A program made the position numbers and the translations under genes. The notes beneath the pieces are model-generated. The model was not told the origin of the DNA. It was given only the letters and a program-made list of their open reading frames with translations, and did no database searches. This document shows, in pieces, positions 19,322 through 27,149 of a stretch of 64,000 nucleotides of DNA; position 1 is the first letter of the stretch, and the number at the start of each line of letters is the position of its first letter. This stretch comes from Clostridiales bacterium (GTDB lineage Bacteria > Bacillota > Clostridia > Lachnospirales > UBA12420): NCBI GenBank assembly GCA_003452395.1, contig DMOI01000040.1:3508-67507 (forward strand). Direction: 5' to 3'.

Positions 19322-19414
19322 ATGTCAAAAGGAGATAAACCATCGGCACCAAAACCACAAGTGAAGAAGCCAAAACAAGATAAACCCAAAAAAGATAAGA
19401 AAAATTATAATTAA
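19322..19414 (+). CDS. 30-aa lysine/proline-rich small protein
   Basis: Not in the track. AAGGGGGTGAT RBS 5 nt upstream of ATG. MSKGDKPSAPKPQVKKPKQDKPKKDKKNYN*, followed by a strong terminator. Confidence 0.4.
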   Translation: MSKGDKPSAPKPQVKKPKQDKPKKDKKNYN

Positions 19415-19424
19415 CGATAAGTAC

Positions 19425-19463
19425 AAAAGTTTTATCTAGATAAATTATAGATAAAACTTTTTT
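19425..19463 (+). terminator. Rho-independent terminator
   Basis: 14-bp stem aaaagttttatcta/tagataaaactttt plus a T run. Confidence 0.75.
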
Positions 19464-19495
19464 GTTATATTTAAAAACTTTTTTATCGAAATATA

Positions 19496-19524
19496 TTGAT
19501 TTTTTATTTATTTAGGTATATACT
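19496..19524 (+). promoter_or_regulatory. Sigma-A type promoter of the hydrogenase-like operon
   Basis: TTGATT, 17 nt, TATACT. Lies ~80 nt upstream of the first gene. Confidence 0.5.
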
Positions 19525-19603
19525 ATTCGAGTATGTAATTTCCATAATAGTATTTATTATACATAATCTTAAATTATAAAATTCCAAAAGAGGAGATTTT
19601 TTT

Positions 19604-21397
19604 ATGCTTGAATCATTTTATAATATAATGATGACCGATTGGTTGTCTATTTTCTTTGTTGCGCTAATTATTTTGATTAGTATTCCAATTTGTCTATTTT
19701 CTATAGGATATGTTAAAGAATATAGACAAAACTACTCGATAAAATATATTTATAGTATGATGACGTTTTTTATATTGTCAATGATCGGAGTCGTTTTCTC
19801 AAATAATAGTATAGTGTTTATGATATTTTGGGAGATTATGTCGATGACCTCGTTTTTTCTTGTTATTTATGAATACAAAAATAAAGAAAATTTGAGTTCG
19901 GGGATTATGTACTTTGTGATGACTCATATAAGCGGACTGGTGCTAATGATAATGTTTGCACTCATCTATAAATATACTAACAGTTTTGATTTTAAAGAAA
20001 TAATGGAATATTCTAACAAGTTTACTCTTACTCAAAAAACTATAATATTTATACTGGCTATAATAGGCTTTGGTGCAAAGGCTGGACTCATGCCACTTCA
20101 TGCATGGCTTCCGAAGGCTCACCCGTCAGCACCTTCAAATGTGTCAGCACTTATGTCGGGTGTTATGCTTAAGGTTGCTGTATATGGATTTATACGTACT
20201 GCTTTTATGTTTTTAGGAGATGTACCGTATAGCTATGGTATCTCCCTAATGATAATTGGAACATTGACAGCTATTATATCCATCTTGAACGCATCTGCCC
20301 AGCGTAATATGAAGAAGCTTTTAGCATATTCAAGCGCGGAAAATATAGGACTTATCTTTTCAGTTCTTGGACTTGCAATTATTTTCAAGAGCTATGGGTT
20401 GAATACTTTGGCAGTATTAGCTCTAACTGCAGGGTTGTTTCATGCAGTAAATCATGGCATTTTTAAGAGTCTTTTATTTACGGCTGCGGGTAGCGTTTTA
20501 TATTCGACAGGAACTAAAAATATGAATGAACTTGGAGGACTTTATAAAAAAATGAAATTTGCTACTTTTTGTGCATTTGTAGGAACTGCTGCAATTTCTG
20601 CTATACCTCCACTTAATGGATTCGCAAGTGAAGTAGCTATTTTTATGAGTTTTATACAAGTAGCAGGTAAGATAGATAGTATTTGGATGATAGTTATTAT
20701 TTTATGCGGAAGTATTTTAGCATTGACTAGTGGGGCTGTAATGTATGTTTCAGTAAAAAGTTTTGGAATTACATATCTGGGGGAGCCAAGAAGTATAAAA
20801 GCACAAAACATACATAAGGTACCGATTTCTATGAATATTGGAATGGGATTGTTATCGGTATATGCAATTTTATTTGGGGTCCTTTCGAAATTTATATTTG
20901 AATATATAATAAAAATTTCACAAGATATTATAAATGTAGGGAACATTAGACTTGATGAAAATACACTTCAAAACTTTGTTGGTTTTGATATAGTAGTAAT
21001 GGCTAGCATAATTATCTCGGTGACTGTAGTGTTTTTACTAGTAAATTACATAACTCGCAAGAATAAAACATTTAAAGTATATGATACGTGGGGATGTGGA
21101 TTTAATGAAGCAAAACCATATATGCAATATAGTGGGAGCGGATTTACTCAGCCACTAAGTAAAATAGCGACAAGTATTATAGGCTACAAAAAAACAGTAT
21201 TAAAAGAAGAAACAATCTTTTTTAGACAACATACCACTGACATGATTGAAAAATATTTATATAATCCAATTATTAGTTTGGTAGATTATCTTGCTATAAA
21301 GATTACAAAAATACATTACGGACAAATTCAGGTATATATTGCCTATATAATTATGTCATTAATTATTGCGGTAGTATGCGTAGTTAAGTTTATCTAG
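19604..21397 (+). CDS. HyfB/HycC-like antiporter-type membrane subunit (NuoL/ND5 family)
   Basis: 597 aa, polytopic. GLMPLHAWLPKAHPSAPSNVSALMSGVMLKVAVYG signature of proton-conducting membrane transporter subunits. Confidence 0.88.
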   Translation: MLESFYNIMMTDWLSIFFVALIILISIPICLFSIGYVKEYRQNYSIKYIYSMMTFFILSMIGVVFSNNSIVFMIFWEIMSMTSFFLVIYEYKNKENLSSGIMYFVMTHISGLVLMIMFALIYKYTNSFDFKEIMEYSNKFTLTQKTIIFILAIIGFGAKAGLMPLHAWLPKAHPSAPSNVSALMSGVMLKVAVYGFIRTAFMFLGDVPYSYGISLMIIGTLTAIISILNASAQRNMKKLLAYSSAENIGLIFSVLGLAIIFKSYGLNTLAVLALTAGLFHAVNHGIFKSLLFTAAGSVLYSTGTKNMNELGGLYKKMKFATFCAFVGTAAISAIPPLNGFASEVAIFMSFIQVAGKIDSIWMIVIILCGSILALTSGAVMYVSVKSFGITYLGEPRSIKAQNIHKVPISMNIGMGLLSVYAILFGVLSKFIFEYIIKISQDIINVGNIRLDENTLQNFVGFDIVVMASIIISVTVVFLLVNYITRKNKTFKVYDTWGCGFNEAKPYMQYSGSGFTQPLSKIATSIIGYKKTVLKEETIFFRQHTTDMIEKYLYNPIISLVDYLAIKITKIHYGQIQVYIAYIIMSLIIAVVCVVKFI

Positions 21398-21410
21398 GAG
21401 GTCAACAAAC

Positions 21411-22340
21411 ATGCTTATATATATTGTTTATATTTTACAACCTTTACTAATTTTACTTTTAGCACCTCTGTTTATGGGTATTTTAGGTAAAGTCAAAGCT
21501 TGTTTTAGAGGATATACGGGACCATCAGTATTTCAAGTGTACTATGATATAGCCAAACTAATGAAAAAAGACGAAGTAATTTCCAAAAGTAGTTCTTTTG
21601 TAACAACAATAGGACCCTTGTTTACGCTCGTTGCGGCAGTGTCATGCACATTCATTATTCCTGTATTCTATACATCTTTAGCATTTAGTTTTGGAAATAT
21701 ATTTGTTATAATTTTTACATTAGGTATCATAAAGTTTATTACTTCTTTAATAGGTTTAGACTCGGCAAGCACATTTGGAGGAATGGGATCAAGTAGGGAG
21801 CTTTTTATTTCGATGCTTGCTGAACCAATAATGTTTGTTGTGATTACATTTTTGTTCATTGAGACTAAGTCATTTAATATATTTACGATAGCTTATGCAA
21901 ACAGCACACAGCTGTCATTTGGGCCAGGTCATGTACTTGCTGCACTAGCATTTTTTATATTGCTTTTAGCAGAAAATGCAAGGATGCCGGTAGATAATCC
22001 AGAGACTCATTTGGAACTTACGATGGTCCACGAAGCAATGATATTAGACTTATCTGGGAAAAGGTTGGCGTATATTGAGTTAGCTTCAGCGATAAAATTT
22101 GTATTATTTTTAACAATTCTTATTAATGGATTTTTGCCTTATGGAATAGCTACGGGACTTAATTTATTAACAATGGGTACGGCAATAATTTTGTTTATCA
22201 TTAAACTAATCGGATGTCTTATTGTGATAGCTGTTATAGAGACGACAATGGCGAAGTTTAGATTATTCAGAGTGCCAGAACTCTTGACATTCGCATTTGC
22301 TCTAGGAATTGTCTCGATAATAATAAATCACTACGCGTAA
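21411..22340 (+). CDS. HycD/HyfC-like membrane subunit (NuoH/ND1 family)
   Basis: 309 aa. ENARMPVDNPETHLELTMVHEAMILDLSG is the HycD/NuoH hallmark region. Confidence 0.88.
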   Translation: MLIYIVYILQPLLILLLAPLFMGILGKVKACFRGYTGPSVFQVYYDIAKLMKKDEVISKSSSFVTTIGPLFTLVAAVSCTFIIPVFYTSLAFSFGNIFVIIFTLGIIKFITSLIGLDSASTFGGMGSSRELFISMLAEPIMFVVITFLFIETKSFNIFTIAYANSTQLSFGPGHVLAALAFFILLLAENARMPVDNPETHLELTMVHEAMILDLSGKRLAYIELASAIKFVLFLTILINGFLPYGIATGLNLLTMGTAIILFIIKLIGCLIVIAVIETTMAKFRLFRVPELLTFAFALGIVSIIINHYA

Positions 22341-22354
22341 GGAGGGGAGCATTT

Positions 22355-22966
22355 ATGTTAGAAACAATTCTGGAAGTTTTATTGATAGTGACGATTTTAA
22401 TGACGGGATTTAGAAGGATAAAATTGTTCATTTATGCCTTTGCGGTACAGTCACTATGTATTGCATTAATTTGTTTTTATTTAGCATACACAACTGGGGA
22501 AAACAGTTTATATAGTGTAGGCGTAATGACAATATTCATGAAAGTAATTTTAACAAGTGGACTGATTAAAAGGGTATCAAAAAGTTTAAAAGAAAATAGA
22601 GAAAAAGAATTTATAATAGGCGGGCTATTGTCATATGTGTTATGCATAGCTGGAATTATTATTACATACGGCCTTTTAGCGGATTTCGGACCGCCTTTCC
22701 TAAAAGTAGGAGTTGTACTCATGATAGTTGGCTCGATTCTTCTAGTAGGACGAAAAGAAGCCATTACGCAAATGATTGGTTTTTTAACTATAGAAAATGG
22801 GATTGTACTCCTAGAAATTTATATGGTTAAAATGTCACTGATTATTGAGGCAGGATTAATGCTCGAGGTTGTAATACTTGCAATCATAATGGGTACTATG
22901 ATTTTTAATATAAATAGAGAATTTGATACCATTAATACTGATACATTCTCAAATACTAAGCGATAG
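22355..22966 (+). CDS. HyfE-like small membrane subunit
   Basis: 203 aa, ~6 TM. ...ITQMIGFLTIENGIVLLE... resembles hydrogenase-4 component E. Confidence 0.75.
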   Translation: MLETILEVLLIVTILMTGFRRIKLFIYAFAVQSLCIALICFYLAYTTGENSLYSVGVMTIFMKVILTSGLIKRVSKSLKENREKEFIIGGLLSYVLCIAGIIITYGLLADFGPPFLKVGVVLMIVGSILLVGRKEAITQMIGFLTIENGIVLLEIYMVKMSLIIEAGLMLEVVILAIIMGTMIFNINREFDTINTDTFSNTKR

Positions 22967-22977
22967 CAGGTGAAGAA

Positions 22978-24438
22978 ATGATTATTAACATGATATTTGT
23001 ATTATTTATAGGTATGATTCTAATATCTAGTTTACTTAAAAACATTAAAGTTATTTCAATTATAAATATAGTTGGTACAATGCTAATTGGAGGCTGTTTT
23101 ATTAGTGTTGTGGATAGCGTTTATAAATATGAACACATAAGTTTCTTAAATAATTTTTTATATATTGATAGCTTAAATGTGATTCAGATATTTATTATTA
23201 TGAGCATAAGTATAATCTCTTTGCTATACGCACACAAGTATATAGCTCATGAGACGAAAGAGCATATAATTACTATAGGTAAGGCCAAAACATTTTATAT
23301 ACTATTTGATTTGTTCGTGATGTCAATGATTATTGTTGCAATAAGTAACAATATTGTTGCAATGTGGATGGGACTTGAGGCTACTACAATCTCAACAGCA
23401 TTTCTGATTGGTTTTAGTAAAAACAAGCTTTCTATTGAAGCGGCATGGAAATATATAATTATATGTTCATTAGGTATAGGTATAGGGCTTATAGGAATTA
23501 TTCTGTTTATATATTCAGCAGGTGTCACAGAGGCTTCGGAAATAGCAAACTGGACATATCTTGTAAGCAAAGCAGGGATTTTAGATAAAGATATTGCAAA
23601 AATAGCTTTTGTATTTATTTTTATAGGAATAGGGACGAAAGCAGGAATTGCACCTATGCATACATGGCTGCCTATTAGTCACAGTGAAGCACCATCTCCG
23701 ATTAGTGCACTGATGTCAGGAGCTCTATTAAACCTTGCACTATATGTTATAGTGAGGTTCTATATAATTATAAAACTAGTAAGCGGACTTGAAAATCTAA
23801 AATACTTGTTTATTATATTTGGATGCATATCTCTTATAGTTTCTTCGTTTAGCATATTGAGGCAAACTAATTATAAACGTCTTCTTGCATTTTCATCGAT
23901 AGAAAACATAGGAATAATGACATTAGGTTTTGGATTTGGAGGGTATATTGCGATATTTGGTTCGTTATTACATGGAGTAATACATGCATTCGGGAAAGCG
24001 TTACTTTTTCTTGTCTCGGGGAATATTCTCAGTGTCTATAAAACAAAACGAATGGATGTAGTCCAAAATTTAATAAAAACTATGCCAATTAATTCAGTAT
24101 TTCTAATATTAGGAATGCTAATCATTGTGGGAGCTCCACCGTTTGCTTCATTCTTAAGTGAATATAAAATAATGATTGGTGGTATACATAATGATTACCT
24201 CATTTACGCTATCATTTATGCTGTGTGTTTACTATTAGTTTTTATCGGTTTTTTAAAGTCTTTTATAAAAATGATATTTGAACAAGATAACAGTAAAATA
24301 TATACAAAGTCAGATATGGACAAAGAAAATATTCTTCCAATCGTTATAGCCTTTGTGCTTGTAGTGCTTACAAGCGTTTTCTTTGGAGGTTATTTGACTG
24401 AGATACTTGACAGAGCAACATTAATAATTGAAAGTTGA
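22978..24438 (+). CDS. HyfF-like antiporter-type membrane subunit (NuoN/NuoM family)
   Basis: 486 aa. GIAPMHTWLPISHSEAPSPISALMSGALLNLALY signature. Confidence 0.88.
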   Translation: MIINMIFVLFIGMILISSLLKNIKVISIINIVGTMLIGGCFISVVDSVYKYEHISFLNNFLYIDSLNVIQIFIIMSISIISLLYAHKYIAHETKEHIITIGKAKTFYILFDLFVMSMIIVAISNNIVAMWMGLEATTISTAFLIGFSKNKLSIEAAWKYIIICSLGIGIGLIGIILFIYSAGVTEASEIANWTYLVSKAGILDKDIAKIAFVFIFIGIGTKAGIAPMHTWLPISHSEAPSPISALMSGALLNLALYVIVRFYIIIKLVSGLENLKYLFIIFGCISLIVSSFSILRQTNYKRLLAFSSIENIGIMTLGFGFGGYIAIFGSLLHGVIHAFGKALLFLVSGNILSVYKTKRMDVVQNLIKTMPINSVFLILGMLIIVGAPPFASFLSEYKIMIGGIHNDYLIYAIIYAVCLLLVFIGFLKSFIKMIFEQDNSKIYTKSDMDKENILPIVIAFVLVVLTSVFFGGYLTEILDRATLIIES

Positions 24439-24450
24439 AAATTGAAAATT
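24427..24450 (+). repeat. Short TTGAAA(A/G) heptamer run (family C)
   Basis: attgaaagttgaaaattgaaaatt spans the stop codon of the HyfF-like gene. Confidence 0.5.
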
Positions 24451-24470
24451 AATGGGTAGGATGTGGGAAA

Positions 24471-26036
24471 ATGAAAATAAATCATTTAGAAAAAGAGATA
24501 ACTAATATAAATAATAGAATCCAAACTCAAATAAAAAATAATAATGAGTTATACATAAATACAACATTTAGAGAAGTAAAAAATATTGTAGGGATATTAA
24601 TAAATAACCTAAAACTAATTTTTGTAGGTGAGTTTTGCATTCAAGAAGAATTATTTAGTATAAATATAATATTAACGAATAGAAGACAAGGTTATTTTGT
24701 AATTGTAAGATATGATGTTAGTGATGCACTTGTGTCATTGCAAGATTTTATTCTTCAAAGTCATTTATTTGAAAGAGAGATTTCTGATTTATATGGAATA
24801 AAGATTGTAGATGGTAAGGATACTAGGCATATTGTGAAACACGAGGGATGGCCAGAAAATATTTTCCCACTTAGGAAGGATTATGCATTTGGCGATAAAG
24901 TTCCGCTTTTAAGTGAGGTGAGCGGATATAAGTTTAAGAAAATATCGGGCGAAGGCGGATATCAGATTCCTGTTGGACCAGTACATGCAGGAATAATTGA
25001 GCCTGGGCATTTTAGATTTAGTGTTATTGGAGAGCCTATAGAAAATCTGGAGATACGCCTTATGTACAAACATAAGGGTATTGAAAAAATATGTGAAAAT
25101 ATTAATGCAAATAAGCTAAATCTTTTGTTTGAGAGAGTTGCAGGTGAAAGCTCGGTGGCATATGCTGAATGCTATGCATTACTTGTTGAAAAACTAATAG
25201 AGTTTAAACCTACAGATGAGGTTAAAGCATTAAGAGTTGTTTTACTAGAACTAGAGAGAATCTATAACTATCTAGACGATATAGCTGGAATGTGTGTTGA
25301 CGTTGGATATAGCTATCCTGCTAAGAAATTTAACTATTTTTCAGAAATGATACATCAACTATGTGAAAGAGTAACGGGCAGTAGATTTTTGAGGAACACA
25401 ATTGTCCCTTGTGGGATAAATATTGATTTTAATGAAAAGAATAAAGCTGATATTTTAGATACATTAAAAAATATGGAGAAAAGATTAAATGCTATAATAG
25501 AAAAAACACTAGGCTCCGTTTCATTCTTAGATAGAGTTGAGGATACAGGAGTAGTCTATAATAAAACAGCGAATAGGTTAGGTATGACTGGGGTTGTTGG
25601 AAGAGCAGCTGGTATAGAGTATGACGTAAGGCGAAGCTTTCCATACGAATTATATAGAGAAATCAAATTAAAAGCAAATACTGAAATTTCGGGTAGCGTA
25701 TTTGAAAGATATAAATTAAAGATAGCTGAGATTAGAGATGCATTTCTATTTATAGGGAAAGCATTATCGCTTATCGAAGGTAATGTTGTTAAAAATAAAC
25801 CAGAAGTAATGGTAGAAGAGGGATTAGAAGCGTACGCTACAGTAGAAACAGTAAAAGGGGAACTAGTTGTATATGGCAAAATGGGCAAAGATAACAAATT
25901 CGATAGAATTTATTTTAAAACACCGTCATTTACAAATTGGAATGGTCTAACCTATGCGGTCTCGGGAGAAATAGTGCCAGATTTTCCTTTATGTAATAAA
26001 AGTTTCAATATGTCTTATGCTGAAAATGATAGGTAG
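24471..26036 (+). CDS. HycE/HyfG/EchE-like fused NuoC-NuoD-type large subunit lacking the [NiFe] cysteine ligands
   Basis: 521 aa. NuoC-like N-terminal part (LFEREISDLYGI...WPENIFPLRKDY). Large-subunit core VGPVHAGIIEPGHFRF, LELERIYNYLDD. L1 position reads ERVAGESSVAY. The C-terminus reads SFNMSYAENDR*. Confidence 0.85.
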   Translation: MKINHLEKEITNINNRIQTQIKNNNELYINTTFREVKNIVGILINNLKLIFVGEFCIQEELFSINIILTNRRQGYFVIVRYDVSDALVSLQDFILQSHLFEREISDLYGIKIVDGKDTRHIVKHEGWPENIFPLRKDYAFGDKVPLLSEVSGYKFKKISGEGGYQIPVGPVHAGIIEPGHFRFSVIGEPIENLEIRLMYKHKGIEKICENINANKLNLLFERVAGESSVAYAECYALLVEKLIEFKPTDEVKALRVVLLELERIYNYLDDIAGMCVDVGYSYPAKKFNYFSEMIHQLCERVTGSRFLRNTIVPCGINIDFNEKNKADILDTLKNMEKRLNAIIEKTLGSVSFLDRVEDTGVVYNKTANRLGMTGVVGRAAGIEYDVRRSFPYELYREIKLKANTEISGSVFERYKLKIAEIRDAFLFIGKALSLIEGNVVKNKPEVMVEEGLEAYATVETVKGELVVYGKMGKDNKFDRIYFKTPSFTNWNGLTYAVSGEIVPDFPLCNKSFNMSYAENDR

Positions 26037-26047
26037 GTGAGTTTATA

Positions 26048-26755
26048 ATGGGAATTATTTTAGATAGAATTAAATATGGTAATGAAACAAAAAAGGACAT
26101 ATTATTTGATAATCCAGATTCATACGGTAAAGTAAATGTAGATAGTGATAAATGTAATGGATGTACAAAATGTGTAAATGAATGTGTTGCAAACGCTATT
26201 GAAATTAAAAAGGGTAAAGCAGTTGTTGATTATAAAAAATGCATTTACTGTAGAAACTGTATCGGTGTATGTGATAAGTTAGCAATAGAAATGGAACATG
26301 ACTGCAAATTTTGCGACATAGAACAAGCAGGCAATGAGCTTGCGAGAAAGATATACGAGAAATTTAAGAGATCGCTGGTACTTAGATCAGTTGATACGGG
26401 TTCGTGCAATGCTTGCATGCTGGAGCTTTCTGCTACTCAAAATACATACTATGATATCTCAAGGTTTGGGGTGAAATTTGCAGCATCTCCAAGACATTCA
26501 GACGGTATCGTAGTAACAGGGCCAGTAACAATTAACATGAGGGAAGCGTTAATAAAGACATACAATGCTATGCCAGAACCGAAACTAGTTATTGCAGTAG
26601 GTACTTGCTCTTTTGATGGAGGAATATTTAAAGATGGGTACGGGAATGTGGAAAGACTTAGCGACATTATGCCAGTGGACTTGTACATACCGGGGTGTCC
26701 ACCTTCCCCACAGGGTATTGTGTATGGATTGCTGAAGCTAATAGATAGGATTTAA
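26048..26755 (+). CDS. Fusion of a 2x[4Fe-4S] ferredoxin domain (HycF-like) with a NuoB/HycG-type small subunit
   Basis: 235 aa. CNGCTKCVNEC and CIYCRNCIGVC in the N-terminal part. GSCNACMLE, GTCSFDGG and PGCPPSP (NuoB-type cluster ligands) in the C-terminal part. Confidence 0.85.
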   Translation: MGIILDRIKYGNETKKDILFDNPDSYGKVNVDSDKCNGCTKCVNECVANAIEIKKGKAVVDYKKCIYCRNCIGVCDKLAIEMEHDCKFCDIEQAGNELARKIYEKFKRSLVLRSVDTGSCNACMLELSATQNTYYDISRFGVKFAASPRHSDGIVVTGPVTINMREALIKTYNAMPEPKLVIAVGTCSFDGGIFKDGYGNVERLSDIMPVDLYIPGCPPSPQGIVYGLLKLIDRI

Positions 26756-26763
26756 AAAATATC

Positions 26764-26792
26764 TTGACAAAAAACGGAAAAGTATTTATAAT
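26764..26792 (+). promoter_or_regulatory. Consensus sigma-A promoter of the aspS leader
   Basis: TTGACA, 17 nt, TATAAT. Confidence 0.75.
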
Positions 26793-26799
26793 CTAGTAA

Positions 26800-27116
26800 C
26801 ATATTAAATCTATGATGAGAAGAAGTAAGTGATTAACTCAACCAGAGAGAGAGGTCTAGGCTGAAAGCCTCTTTGAGCAATAAGTACTGAATAACACCTC
26901 GGAGAGTTGGCAAAATCAAACGTAACTCGCGTTAAGAGAAAAAAGGAATTGAAAATTGAAAAGCTAAGATTGAAGGTTATTACATAGAACTTTCAACTCT
27001 CAACTTTCAACTTTCAACTTAAATAAGGGTGGCACCACGGGTAGAAAACTCGTCCCATAGTAGAAGTCAGATGTCGGAGTTTAGATATCGGAATTTTATA
27101 TGAGACGAGTTTTTTG
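26800..27116 (+). promoter_or_regulatory. T-box riboswitch leader controlling aspS
   Basis: Stem I elements: TGATGAGAAGAAGTA K-turn region, AGAGAG, distal CTGAAAG loop. Conserved T-box AAGGGTGGCACCACGGG at ~27024-27042. Terminator arms aaaactcgtc (27045-27054) / gacgagtttt (27104-27113) plus a T run. Confidence 0.85.
26947..27020. repeat. Palindromic TTGAAA(A/G) heptamer element (family C) inside the T-box leader
   Basis: 5' arm aattgaaaattgaaaagctaagattgaaggtt, loop attacatag, 3' arm aactttcaactctcaactttcaactttcaactt. Located where Stem III normally sits. Confidence 0.7.
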
Positions 27117-27149
27117 TTCACAAAAAATCACAAAACAGGAGGAAACAAC

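Noticed and set aside
19604-26755. Annotation as a functional formate hydrogenlyase / hydrogenase-4
   Set aside because: The large subunit lacks both CxxC NiFe-ligand pairs. No fdhF, hycB, hyp or hycI genes accompany the operon. It is therefore called hydrogenase-like (Ehr-type) instead.
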